Origin: an uncultured Planctomycetota bacterium
GTDB lineage: Bacteria > Planctomycetota > Planctomycetia > Isosphaerales > Isosphaeraceae
Direction: 5' to 3'
NCBI GenBank assembly: GCA_963823665.1
Contig: CAWGMQ010000008.1
Span: 2,048,001-2,112,000 of the forward strand
DNA length: 64,000 nt
Below the pieces are notes generated by a model that was given only the letters and a program-made list of their open reading frames with translations, did not search any database and had not been told where the DNA came from. The position numbers were made by a program, and so were the translations under genes. Of this stretch, positions 33,715 through 44,804 are shown in pieces; position 1 is the stretch's first letter, and each line of letters starts with the position of its first letter.

Positions 33715-35153
33715 ATGCAATCCTGGTTGATCGGCAGCGGCTCAGAGTGCGATGTCGTCGTTGACTCGCCGGCGGCCTCCCGACGTCACTGCCAGTTAGC
33801 TCGAGGCCCCGGCGGCCTCATTCTCGAAGACCTGGGCTCGACCCACGGAACTTATGTCGACGGCAAGCGCATAACCGCAGCCACCCACATCACCCCCAGC
33901 CAGGAAATCACGATCGGCCAGACCATGCCGATGCCGTGGCCGCCCGACCTCGTGAAGTTCGTCCGCATCGGTCGCGTGGAAGCCAACGACATCATCCTCG
34001 ACGACCTCCGCGTCTCGAGCCGCCACGCCCGGTTGATGATCGTCGCCGGATCCGAAGCATTGATCGAAGATCTCGGATCCTCAAACGGTACCTTCCTCAA
34101 CTCGGTCGACTCCCGCGTCACCCGGCTCACGCCACTTTCAACCTCCGACACGCTCTACTTCGGCAGTATGGCCGTCCCGGCCTCCCAGCTCTTGGCCGGG
34201 CTGCTCGTGGCTCCCGCTGCGTCACGGTCCGGGCCCGCTGCCCAACCTCCGCCGCTGCCAGCTTCGAATAGGCCACCTGAAGAACCATCCGCGCCCGGCC
34301 GCTTTCCGCGGCTCCCAGAATCGAGCCGCCCCCGGCGCAAGTCGGAGCATCACCGGGCGTCATCTTCATCGAGGGGAACCGCTGGGTGCTCTCTGCGCTG
34401 GCCCTGGCACCCTTCTTGGCGTTCCTGATCGTCTTGATCTCCGGTCGCCAGGCCGGAGTCGTCCTCACCGACTCAAACGGAGCATCGATCGCTCAGGCAG
34501 TCACCGCGACAACCTTCGAGTTGGCCGTCGCAGCGGCGTGCCTCGGTTGCGCTCTTGCCGTCGCAGAGCTCGCGGAGGGATCATGGCCGACGTATCACTC
34601 GCAAACCAGCGTGGAGTCGTACCTGGTAAGAATCGCAGCGCGTCTCGGCATCCTCGCCCTGGCCTGTGCCTTGGGCTGCGCGCTGCTTCTCGCCGTTGTT
34701 TACTGGGCTTCCGGGCTCAAGGGCCCGTGGGTCCCGATGTGGTGCGTGATGGCAATTGCCTCCGCCGTCTCCGTCGTACTGGGCCTCTTGTTTTCAATCG
34801 CGATCAGGAGCTGGCTGATCGTCGCCGCGGCCGCCGTCGCCTGCTTTGTGCTGATGACGGCGCTTGGAGGATGGTTCTGGTCGCTGCCGCGCTCGGGCCC
34901 GCCCGTGACATGGGCCATGAGCGCCACGCCCACCCGCTGGGCGTTCGAGGGACTGCTCCTGCTCGAGGCACCCTATCACCCCTCCGGGCAAAGCGCAGCC
35001 GACGCAGCGGCCGCCGACCACGATTGTGCCGAAGCCTACTTCCCTGCCGAATCACTGCGCATGGGCCCCGGCGCCGATCTGACCGCGCTGGGATCGATGC
35101 TGGTCGGCATGACCCTCATTCTACTCGCCCTGGCGGCAACCAGATCGAGCTAG
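33715..35153 (+). CDS. Double-FHA plus ABC-2-type membrane domain protein with no ATPase domain; frameshifted near 34290
   Basis: FHA motifs SRRH..EDLGSTHGT and GR..SSRH..EDLGSSNGT; TM part ending PTRWAFEGLLLLE; ORFs 33715-34428 and 34386-35153. Confidence 0.7.
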
Positions 35154-35334
35154 GCGCCGGGCGTTTTTGGCTGGAAGCGGCTGACGGGCGCCGTGTATAC
35201 TCGGGCACGGCCACAGTCGACGTCGCCGAGTTGAAACTACCTGCGGGCGCGCGATCACAATCGGCCACGTAATGGCGCCGCGGTCACGTCCTGTCCGATG
35301 ATTTGGCCTTGTTCGATGCGCGGAGGGCTGGACT

Positions 35335-37918
35335 ATGGCGATCGGATCCCAGGAATGGTCTGGACTCACACTGGCTGGCGGCCGCTACCGGGTTACCGCC
35401 AAGCTCGGTGAGGGCGGAATGGGGTTTGTCTATCGCGCCCTCGATCAGAACATCGACGCCGACGTCGTGATCAAGGTTCCCCGCCCGTCAATGATGGACG
35501 ACCCCGAGTTCGCCGCCCGCTTCACCCGAGAGATCCGCTCGCTCGTCAAGCTCTCTCACCCGCACATCGTCAAGGTCTCGGACGTCGGCAACTTTGACGG
35601 AATCCCCTTCGCCGTGATGCAATACCTCGCGGGCGGAAGTCTCGAGGATCAGCGGCCGGTCGGGCCAGGCGGCCAGGTTCTCCCATGCGATCCCAGAAAC
35701 ATCTCGCGCTGGCTGCTCGCGGTCGCCGAGGCGCTCGACTACATCCACACCCAGGGTTACGTCCACCGCGACGTCAAGCCGGGCAATATCCTCTTCGACA
35801 CGCAGGGTCACGCGTTCTTGAGCGATTTCGGCGTCGCCAAGGTGGTGGCATCCGCCAAGAACCCCGCTCCGTCTCAAACCGCAATGACGGGAGCCGGGAT
35901 GGTCCTCGGTACGCCCGAATACATGGCGCCCGAGCTGATCATGGGCGATCCGTTCGACGGCCGCGTCGATCAATACGCTCTGGCGATCACGGCCTACGAG
36001 TTGCTCTGCGGCCGGCGCCCGTTTGAAGACGAGACCAAGACCAAGGTTCTTGTTCTCCATACTTCGCAAGCCCCGTCTCCACTCACCGCGTGGTGCCCGA
36101 CGCTGCCCGTCCGTCTCTCCCAGGTCGTGATCAAGGGCCTGGCCAAGGATCCAGGAGAGCGCTACGCGAATTGCGTCGCGCTTGCCAGGGCGGTCGCATC
36201 AGCAGCCGAGAACGCCGGTGCTCAGGATGAGCGCGCCCGATTGAAATGTCCCGCCTGCGGCAAGACCCTCGCGATTCCCGTTGCCGACCTGGCCCGGCTC
36301 AAGGCCGGCGGCCGCCGCGCCGCGTGCCCGGCATGTAAATCGCCCATCGACATCGGCAACGCCGTTCAAGTCGCCCCCGGCCCCTCGACCGGCGGCACGA
36401 TGAAGTTTGCGACTTCTCCAGGCGGCACCGGCGAGTACGGTCTGGCAGCCGCACAAGGCCCGACGGCCGGCGGCACAGCGGGGTTCAGTCCCGTCGGCGG
36501 ATCCAGCGGCGGCCACGCACGGCCGCCATCCCCGCAGCCCGAGCGCGGCGGCACGATGGCGATGTCCGCGCCAGGCGTCCAGACGCCTCCGCCTGTCCCC
36601 GGTCAAGCCAGCCCACCTTCACGCGCCGCCTCCGGCACGATCATCGAGCGCACCCTACCACGCCCCGACCATACGGCGGCCGCGAGGGATATATTCAACA
36701 CCCTGGATAACGCCGGCCCGAAGGCCTCCGCGTCCGGAAACCGCGGCAGATCCGCCGAAAGTCCAGAGCCGGGCACGGATCGAACCCGGATCTGGATCGC
36801 CGCGGGCGCAGCAACAGCAGCCGGACTTCTCATGCTGGTGGGAACGGCATTATTCTTCACGTGGGTTTCCAAGAAAGATCCCGATTCGCCGTCCACCAGC
36901 CGCGCCGCCGGAGCCGAGCCGCAACCACCAATCGATTCTCGAACGTCGGAAGTCACTGCGCCACCGCCGCATGCCGAGACTGAGAAATCTCGGCTGGCAA
37001 AGGGCCCGGTGCCGACCAAGAAATCCGGCCCCACCCCAAACCTCAAGGCCGCGCGCAACAACCAGGAACGGAAGAACGCAGCCCCCGTGCCACCCTCAGA
37101 CAGCCCCGAGCTGGTTCTCGCACGACCAGCCTGTTTCGTCACCAACTGCCGATTCAACAGCGCTCACGAAAGCGGCGATGTCTGCCGCAAGTGCCGCGCC
37201 ACCACCCGCACCTGCCGGTATGTTCGCGGCGAATAACTTCAACATCGCCCAGATGCCGAAGAGGCCAAGGCAGCCCGAATATTCAGCCGGAAAGAACCTC
37301 GCCAAAGCGAAGTCACTTGGCGAGAGATTCGTGATCCCCGCGGGAATGTATCGCCTCAGACACTCCCCCCAAGACAATCGAGCCGGAGCCAGGAAATACA
37401 CGGTCATCGAGTGTTCAGTCCAGGAAAAAGGCAGAGCCCTCGCGCTAACAGAACACGGTTCATCCGACTTCGAGGTCGAGCCTCGGCTTGCAACAAAGCT
37501 CGACAGGCTGCCTGGAAGGTTTCTGGCCCAGTCGGTCGCCATTCTGACGCTCTGGATTGACAACTCCGGACAGTGCGGCGTCGTCTGCGCCGAGCTGCTC
37601 GAGAAATGCGAGCCTCGCCTCAAACCGGGATTCGGCATCGGTCAGGCCGACGTTGATTACCGTGTCCGTTTTCTGAGCCCCGAAGAAGACAAAACCGGCA
37701 AGGCGCCCGACGAAGATTGGCAGAAGGTCGGTCGAATGAATCACTTCTATACTCACTGGAAGCATCACGTCGATGGGTTGAGAAAGCGACAGCAAACCGC
37801 CACAATGGCCGCCCTCACAAACACCATGGGTGGCATGTATGCCAATGCGATGAAGGGCGCCGCCGCGGACGCAGCAGCGCAGGGGGCCCGGCAAAGTGCC
37901 ATCAGCGGCCGCCCGTGA
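35335..37918 (+). CDS. Ser/Thr protein kinase with zinc ribbon, Pro-rich linker, TM and extracellular domain; frameshift near 37115
   Basis: LGEGGMGFVY, VIK, HRDVKPGN, DFG, GTPEYMAPE; CPACG..CPACK; TM WIAAGAATAAGLLMLVGTALFF; continues in ORF 36407-37918. Confidence 0.88.
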
Positions 37919-37963
37919 GTCGGGGACGCCCGCGTCGAGCGTCGAGCGAGCAGACCTCTCAAC

Positions 37964-38854
37964 TCAAAGCACCTTGAAGAAAAACCGCTGCTCGCCGCAC
38001 TGGAAGAATCCCCCGCGCCCCAGGCTCACTTCTTGAACCCGTGCCCAGATCCCGTTCCGCGACCGTGCATTCGCGATGATCCACCGGTTCTTCTCGTCGC
38101 GATAGACCCGGGCGTGCCGTCGATCCACCATCGGATCATCGACGACGATCGAGCACCCAGTCCGATCGCGACCCAGCCAGTTGTCCTGGTCGCGAAGCGG
38201 GAACCGCTGCCCGGAGCGTCCCGGAGAAATCTCGACGATCGCCGGCTGCAACACGGCCCCAGCCTGAGACGGGGCAAGCGATTCCCACTTCCGCGTCGCA
38301 TTGCTCGCCCATTCCGGCGCCGCCTGCGGCTGCTCGGGCGCCGCCGGCACCTCGAAACGAAAGCGACGACCGCCAATCAGCAGCTCCTGCTCATGATTCA
38401 AAACGACGGTCGAGGCGCGAACGAACGTTCCGTTGGTGCTTTGCAGGTCCTTGAGGTACCAGCAGTACTCGCCGTTCTCGTGGCGCCGGCTGATCTCGAC
38501 GTGCCGGCCCGAGATTCCGCCGTCGTGCGGAATGGTGAGGTCCCCTTCAACCCTGCCGATGACAAACGAATTAGGGCGAATGCGCACGATTTCCCCCGCG
38601 TCGTCGCCGTCATCAAGTACGTGCAGAACCGCCATCGACGGTCTCAGAGTCGGCCGGAACGCCGCGGTATCTTGATCCCCGCCCGTCCCGGTCAACGTCC
38701 CCGTTGCCGTCGCCGTGCCGGCGGCCGGCGCTGCACTCGGCTCTTTGAGCGCTCCAGCGCCGCGGATCTGCGCGCGAATCTCCTCCACTGATTCCAGCAC
38801 GGTCCCTTGCCGCCGCGCCATCCCGGGGCCTCTCCCAGCGTCTCCCGGATTCAT
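37964..38854 (-). CDS. Double-FHA domain protein
   Basis: IGR..ISGRH..DLQSTNGT and LGRD..RRH..SRNG; paralogous to 43840 and 52345. Confidence 0.88.
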   Translation of the reverse strand: MNPGDAGRGPGMARRQGTVLESVEEIRAQIRGAGALKEPSAAPAAGTATATGTLTGTGGDQDTAAFRPTLRPSMAVLHVLDDGDDAGEIVRIRPNSFVIGRVEGDLTIPHDGGISGRHVEISRRHENGEYCWYLKDLQSTNGTFVRASTVVLNHEQELLIGGRRFRFEVPAAPEQPQAAPEWASNATRKWESLAPSQAGAVLQPAIVEISPGRSGQRFPLRDQDNWLGRDRTGCSIVVDDPMVDRRHARVYRDEKNRWIIANARSRNGIWARVQEVSLGRGGFFQCGEQRFFFKVL

Positions 38855-38946
38855 CTCGACAACCTTTCTTCGATCGGGACCACCACGCGAGCCCCCCTGG
38901 TGTCATGTCGCTCCAACCGCTCGCGGAGAGCAACAGATCGATGCCG

Positions 38947-40059
38947 TTACTTGATTTTTTCCTTCAGATTTTCCAGCCGCCGCCACGCCGCTGTCTGCCT
39001 TCGGTAGTGCATATCAAGGAACGACGCCGAATCCGCACCCAGACGCACCTTTCCACGGCCGTCCCCGAAGCCGTGCCTCTTGGCGTATCCATCGAGCTTG
39101 TACAAGAACGCAAGCGTCTCCCGCTTCGAGCGTCCGAAGCTGCGCATCCGGTTTGCCGTCCATTCGTCCGCTTCAAAATCCTGATTGATGGTCTCCGAAA
39201 CCAGGTAGCCAAGCGGAATGACCACCCAGTAAAGCTTCCTGATCGTCCCGCCGTTCATTTTCTGCAAACCCGGGTCTTCCAGGCACCGGATCGCGTGCCC
39301 GAGGTCGACATGCGCGATCTCATTTCCCACGGCAAACTGCAAGGCGTAGTCTTCGTCCTCGCCGATCAATTCGAAGAGGCCGCGGCTCACGTAGACATAG
39401 CCGCCAGGGTGCGAGAACGCGTTGACCTGGTCGCTTTCCATGATCTCGAAGTGATAGTGAATCTCTTTGCGCTGAAGTGCCGCGAGAAACGGCTTGGCCG
39501 CATCTTCGACGCGCTGCCGCCAGGGGCCATCCGCTGCAACCGGGTTGAGCTGCACGATCACATCGTGAAGCTGTGCGCCGAGCTTTTGCTCGTCCGCCGC
39601 ACTCATGTTCACAACATCCCAGTTCCGCATCATCTCCGGCTGCGTCCAGAACGGATTGGCCGCGAGTGGGTCGCCGCCGGCCGCTGTTTTCCCTGACGGA
39701 TTCTCGGACGATTCGTGAGCGGTCGTCGACTCTGCAGGCTTCGTCTTCGGAGTGCCCTTGGCCGTCGTCGGTCGTCGTTGTTTCGTTCGCTCCGGTGCTT
39801 TCTTGGTCGAAGGTGTCGAAACAGCAGGCTCCTCGGGCTGTGTTGCGTGCGGTTCAGTAGCGGCAATTTCATGGGAATCTGCCGCGACCGCTTCGTTTTT
39901 CACCTCCGGCTCAGGCGCCGCGGGTTTCTCACCCTTTGCCGTCGCGACGCGGTCGCGACGAAGTCCGTCGCGGTACGCCTGGCCCTGTTTGCCGACGAGC
40001 CAGACTGAAAGCGCCAGGTAAAACAGGGCCGAGACCGCGATGATCGAGTAGCGAACCAT
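38947..40059 (-). CDS. Membrane-anchored M48 peptidase-like protein with a degenerate zinc motif (NEIAH)
   Basis: VNAFSHPGGYVYVSRGL, AVGNEIAHVD, FEADE. Confidence 0.8.
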   Translation of the reverse strand: MVRYSIIAVSALFYLALSVWLVGKQGQAYRDGLRRDRVATAKGEKPAAPEPEVKNEAVAADSHEIAATEPHATQPEEPAVSTPSTKKAPERTKQRRPTTAKGTPKTKPAESTTAHESSENPSGKTAAGGDPLAANPFWTQPEMMRNWDVVNMSAADEQKLGAQLHDVIVQLNPVAADGPWRQRVEDAAKPFLAALQRKEIHYHFEIMESDQVNAFSHPGGYVYVSRGLFELIGEDEDYALQFAVGNEIAHVDLGHAIRCLEDPGLQKMNGGTIRKLYWVVIPLGYLVSETINQDFEADEWTANRMRSFGRSKRETLAFLYKLDGYAKRHGFGDGRGKVRLGADSASFLDMHYRRQTAAWRRLENLKEKIK

Positions 40060-40077
40060 GGGACAATTCCACCTCAC

Positions 40078-41067
40078 TCACTCTTTCGGGGCCTTGCCGC
40101 CTCCAGCGAACTTTTCTCGCTGGATTTGAAGCGCTTCGTAAAGCTCGGGATAGAGCTTCCGCTCCTCGGGAGTTTCGGCTTTTCCGAACGTCAGGTTGTA
40201 TTTCCGCATGAAGATCCTCAGGTCATTGACGGTGGTGCCCGAGTACTTGTCAATCTCGCCAAGGGCCTGTTGAACCCCCTGGGTCTCGAACTGCCGCGCC
40301 GTGGTTCGAAGCGACTTGAGCTGGAGCGCCGCCTCATTGAGAGCTCGCCGATCCGTGTCCGGATCAATCTCCCGGGCGAGCTTCTGTGCAAGTTCCTCGA
40401 CTGCCCTCTGAATTCTCGCAATCTTGCTCATCTGCGATTTCCCCTCGATCGCTTCTTCGAGCGCCTCGTCGACGGCCGTCTCGAATTCCTTGAGCTCCTT
40501 GACGAACCGCTTGTCCTGAAACGCCACCGGCCACTTCCCTTTGCCCTTGACCGTCAGCCGATGCATCGAGAAATTCTCACCGCGCTCGCCCAGCCGGAAC
40601 GGAATGCGCCTGACCATATCGGCCGACAGCGGAACCTCGGCATAACGGAAGCTCGATTCGGAGATCTTGGGATCCACCAGCTCGTTCATCGCAGCCGTCA
40701 GCGCATCGCCGCTGAGCACATCGCGCGCTTCGGGATGATTCTTGATGCGATCCTCGATCTTGTCGTTCATCTCTTTGTTGCGTTCGGAAAGGTACATGCG
40801 GCGCTCCACGTACTCCTTTCGCTGCTCGTTCGCCACGGCCGCCATGTATTCATTCCAGCGAATCATCGTGTCGAGATTGATCGAATTCGCGATCGCGGTC
40901 CGCTGGTTGTACAACCCCATCCCCGCCGCCGCGATGCCGGCCCCGCGCAGGTAATCCCCCCCAGGAGTAGACCCGGCTCCGATCCATTGCGCCCGCGCAC
41001 CACCTTCCGACGCCGCCAGCACCACCACTCCCGCCACAACCCACCGAACAAACGCCGTGATCCTCAT
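40078..41067 (-). CDS. Secreted helical hypothetical protein
   Basis: Signal peptide MRITAFVRWVVAGVVVLAA..ARA-Q; GSTPGGDYLRGAG motif; apparent operon with the M48-like and FHA genes. Confidence 0.7.
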   Translation of the reverse strand: MRITAFVRWVVAGVVVLAASEGGARAQWIGAGSTPGGDYLRGAGIAAAGMGLYNQRTAIANSINLDTMIRWNEYMAAVANEQRKEYVERRMYLSERNKEMNDKIEDRIKNHPEARDVLSGDALTAAMNELVDPKISESSFRYAEVPLSADMVRRIPFRLGERGENFSMHRLTVKGKGKWPVAFQDKRFVKELKEFETAVDEALEEAIEGKSQMSKIARIQRAVEELAQKLAREIDPDTDRRALNEAALQLKSLRTTARQFETQGVQQALGEIDKYSGTTVNDLRIFMRKYNLTFGKAETPEERKLYPELYEALQIQREKFAGGGKAPKE

Positions 41068-41167
41068 GAGCAACCCCTTCGTTGAATCGTCGATCGTGAG
41101 TCTACTAGGTGGTCGATTCGCGTGTGCTTTGCACCCCTTCCGGAATCCCCGAATAAGACCGCGCACC

Positions 41168-42088
41168 TCATGAAGTGCTGAGCAGGCTGTCCCAGTCGTG
41201 GATATCCGGGTCAACAATCCGCTCGCCCATGGCCTCGAGCCGCTCGACATCTCGAATGGCCTCGATCGCGGCCAACGTCGCGGGATCCGGTTTTCCGAAG
41301 CGCTTGGACCCCAGACGAACAAGAATCCGCTGTTCGCCCGTGACACGGCCCTCAATCAGGCCCTCGTTGCGCCCTTCGATCAATCCTTCGTTGCGCCCTT
41401 CGATCAATCCTTCGTTGCGCCCTTCCCTCAAAATCGCCTGATAAGTCGTCGATTCCTGCATCTCGTTCACCCCTTCCAGCAACTGCGAGACCAGTTCTTC
41501 TGAGTAGCATAGCCCCATGAGCAAGTACGTGGCCGTCCAGAGTTTCACAGATCGCGGCCGCGGCTCGGTGTTGATCCGCGCCGCCATCCGCTTCACCAAC
41601 CCGGGCAAATCCCCTTCGGTGACATTTGCCAGAGGCGCAAGTGGCAAAAGGTTGACCCCACCGGACAAGTACGGCTCAGGGTCTTCCCCCCACAATCGAA
41701 CGACCCGGTAATTATAACGATTCGTCAGCCATCCGTCTGGCATCTTAATCTCAAAACCGCCGGTCAAGCTCGGCGAGTTCGCCTCTCGCCGCAACAAGAT
41801 AAGCACCGTGAGCACGGGAAGCCGATGCCGATGAAAGAGCGCCGCCTGCCGAAACCACACCGTCTCGGCCAGATCAGTCTGATGGCTCGACTGAAGCTCG
41901 ACATTGACGAGGTACGGCTCCGCCCCACCAACGTGAATGACCTTGTCGGCCGCCGCCGTCAGTGTCGTGACATCCGAATCGATCACCTCAACCGGCCCAG
42001 CCGGCCCGATCCGCAGCCACTCGAGCCACTCAGCGGGCCCGTCCCAGACCAACTCCTTCGTCGCGACATCGAAGCGGTTGTATTCCAC
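41168..42088 (-). CDS. Rpn/transposase_31-like PD-(D/E)xK protein with a DUF4351-like C-terminus
   Basis: FDVATKEL, ADKVI..NVELQS, RYNYRVVRLW, MQESTTYQAILREG, (EGRNEGLI)x3, KRFG. Confidence 0.75.
   Translation of the reverse strand: MEYNRFDVATKELVWDGPAEWLEWLRIGPAGPVEVIDSDVTTLTAAADKVIHVGGAEPYLVNVELQSSHQTDLAETVWFRQAALFHRHRLPVLTVLILLRREANSPSLTGGFEIKMPDGWLTNRYNYRVVRLWGEDPEPYLSGGVNLLPLAPLANVTEGDLPGLVKRMAARINTEPRPRSVKLWTATYLLMGLCYSEELVSQLLEGVNEMQESTTYQAILREGRNEGLIEGRNEGLIEGRNEGLIEGRVTGEQRILVRLGSKRFGKPDPATLAAIEAIRDVERLEAMGERIVDPDIHDWDSLLSTS
41349..41425. repeat. 24-bp coding tandem repeat x3 (EGRNEGLI)
   Basis: CCTTCGATCAATCCTTCGTTGCGC units; absent from the paralogue at 57303. Confidence 0.9.
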
Positions 42089-43699
42089 GCAGTGAATTCC
42101 TCTTGGCCAATTGATGCCTCCCGCTAAGCCGCCGCATTGGCCTTCCGGGCGGGCGAAGCTCCTGTGCCAGGACGTTCCTCTGAAATGGTAAGAAATGGTA
42201 AGAAATGATACTCGGTTGGAAGAATCTCAAAACGATCCACATTTCCCAAATCGCGTATCTCGCTCCAAACCAAAGTCTTGCACGCTAGCCCGACGGCGAC
42301 GCCGTGGAACGCGGTACCCCGGTTGAAAACCGCCCGCCATTCGGGCGCTCGAACCCGGGGCAGCCGCCCATCGCGCCAGCATCGCGCGATCGCAGACTCT
42401 GCCCTATGTATGATATGCGACGGGTTTCAGTGATCGGCAACAAAAGCACCCAAAAAAAGTGCAATCACTCAATTGACACGGCTGCAACATCACGAGTTAC
42501 GGCTTTGCGCGATTTCTTTGTTAATTGTGAACACGCGGTCGAATAATGACTCGTCAAGGGCGTGCTGAAAGTCAAACAGATCACCTCGGAGAACCTGAAT
42601 CAGCTCACCAGTGCTACCCAACTGAAGCAGCAACGCCATTCGCTTCCCAGAAAACCAACTGCCCAGGACGACACCAAAAAGCCCGCCTCGGGCATTGGCG
42701 CACCGGAGCAGGGGGGATGCACGTTCCAATCGGCCGAGCTCGGATTCGTTCGCGCATTTCAGCCACGTTGTCAAGTCACCGTTCATGGGTGTTTTCGTGA
42801 TCCAACCTTCACTCCAATTCCAAGTTACGCATTTCCAGCCACCTTAGCTGAACTGGGTTCGTTCGTCACATTTTGCGATTCACGGGATTGCCGTTTCTGT
42901 ACCAGCCCGGACCTGAATTGCCGAGCCGATTCTGATCCCGGGAGAGCGAAGCTCCCGCTGAGCCGCAACGCGCAAACACCGTATCTGACGTGCCCCGCCA
43001 CGACCGAGAGGGCCACCGAAATCCACGGAAATGACAACCGTTAGGCATAGTGAACAACCCCGGAGATTGAAAGTGGCAATTTTGCGTGGCACGTGCCATC
43101 CAACTTTTCGATCGCCCAAAATCGCGGAATTCAGTTCCGATCCATTTACACCGATTGGAGTTACGGGTGAAGTGCTTCGCGTGGAAACAACCGGTCACCG
43201 CCTCGAAAAATGGCAAAAAGTGGCAATATTCGGAGGGTCTTCCAGCATCCGTACACCAGTGTAAATTGGCAGCGCGGACATGCAGTACATGACCGTCGGC
43301 CGTCCTGCGTCGTCCATCGTTCCAAACGATCGATGAACGCGGCGGAAAGCCGCTGCCGTGACCATTGAGTTCACCACAGAATTTCACCCTGTCGACTCCC
43401 GATCCGGGTATCGTGTCATTCCCTCGCCTTGCCGATCACTAGGTGCGCCCTGGAAGAACCTCGGCGCAGAGTCTTCTTGACGAACGACGCACGTCGCCCT
43501 CTCTACCTGAAATGATCTACAAAAACGCCGAGCCAGTTTCCTGAAACGAGGCAAATTCCGGCTGTTTTTTCCAACCGCGGTCCGATTGTGCGAGTCGTAG
43601 GCAAAGTCCCGGAAAAACAGGCATTCAAGCGCGACGGACTAGCCTCCCAGGCCGCACCTGAGTCCCACACTTTCCAGAGTTTCGCCGCTCGAGCCTGCG

Positions 43700-43780
43700 T
43701 ACCCCCAGCCGCTCCGACACCGCCGCCGGATCATCCCAGATCAGCTCCTTGGTCGAGACTTCGCAGCGGTTGAATGCTAC
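43700..43780 (-). pseudogene. 5' remnant of an Rpn-like gene
   Basis: AFNRCEVSTKELIWDDPAA matches EFNRFDVSAKELVWDDPAA at the start of the 58151 gene. Confidence 0.7.
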
Positions 43781-43839
43781 AGAGAGGTCCCCGAATTCGT
43801 TCGCCCCGAGCTTCGAGAAGATCTCTCTGCAGCGTCGCT

Positions 43840-44733
43840 TCACTTCACCCTGAGCTGAAACCGCTGCTCGCCGATCTGGAATTGCGCCAGCGACTCCACG
43901 GTAATCTGCGGCATCCGCAGCCACAGTCCATTCGGCGTCTTGTGATGCTCGGCGTGCCAGTTTCCTCGAGGCCCGCGGTAAAGCCGCACGTGCCGCAGCT
44001 CGCAGAACGGGTCGTCAGCCCGACAGATCGGGCACGTTGGGTCGGCGCCGATCCAGTACTCATTCTTGACAAGGAGGATCCGGTTTCCGATGTCCTTTCC
44101 GATTAGCTCGGTCACAGCCGGCGGCCGGGTCGGGCTTGCGCCCTCGTCCAGCCCCTGAGTTTGGCCGAAACCCTGCTCGTTTCCGGCATGGTCGATCGTC
44201 GGCCCCGCGTCGACGACTGGTCCCTCGAACCGGTAGCGCCCGTTGCCGACCAGAAACTCCGCCTTCTCGGCGAGAACCGTCCTGCTCACGCGGACGAACA
44301 TCCCGTGCGTGCTCTGGAGGTCCGTGACAACCCAGCGATGCAGCCCGCCGACGACCTGGTGCGTGATCTCAACATGCCGCGCCGACATCCGCCCGTCGAG
44401 CGGAATACAGAAATCCCCTTCGGTTCGTCCGATGATGAATCGATGATCGCGGATGCGGATGATTTCACCATCGGTCTTGCCATCGTCAAACACGGTCAAG
44501 ACGGCAACCGGCGGCCGCGCCGTCGGGTGGAACGGCACGGCCGAACGCACCGCGCCGGGCGATGGCGGCGCCGAGACCGGGGCAGAGGATTCGACCGCGA
44601 CCGGCGGGCCGGGCTGCCGTCCCTTGTGACCCGACAGCAACGCATGTCGGATCTCATCGTCAGTTTCGATCAAGGTGCCGGACCGTTCGACCTGAGGGTT
44701 CGGTTGACCGGGTTCAGTTGGCTGGGACATCAT
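43840..44733 (-). CDS. Double-FHA domain protein
   Basis: IGRTEG..MSARH..DLQSTHG; close paralogue of 52345-53235. Confidence 0.88.
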   Translation of the reverse strand: MMSQPTEPGQPNPQVERSGTLIETDDEIRHALLSGHKGRQPGPPVAVESSAPVSAPPSPGAVRSAVPFHPTARPPVAVLTVFDDGKTDGEIIRIRDHRFIIGRTEGDFCIPLDGRMSARHVEITHQVVGGLHRWVVTDLQSTHGMFVRVSRTVLAEKAEFLVGNGRYRFEGPVVDAGPTIDHAGNEQGFGQTQGLDEGASPTRPPAVTELIGKDIGNRILLVKNEYWIGADPTCPICRADDPFCELRHVRLYRGPRGNWHAEHHKTPNGLWLRMPQITVESLAQFQIGEQRFQLRVK

Positions 44734-44804
44734 TCACCTCCTTTCCGCGGGCAATCCACTCCAGCGACAGAATCGTTACACACGCGCCTGCATTCCACCT
44801 GTGT

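Noticed and set aside
33715..44733. Type VI secretion cluster suggested by FHA and kinase genes
   Set aside because: No Tss, Hcp, VgrG or ClpV-like genes are seen.
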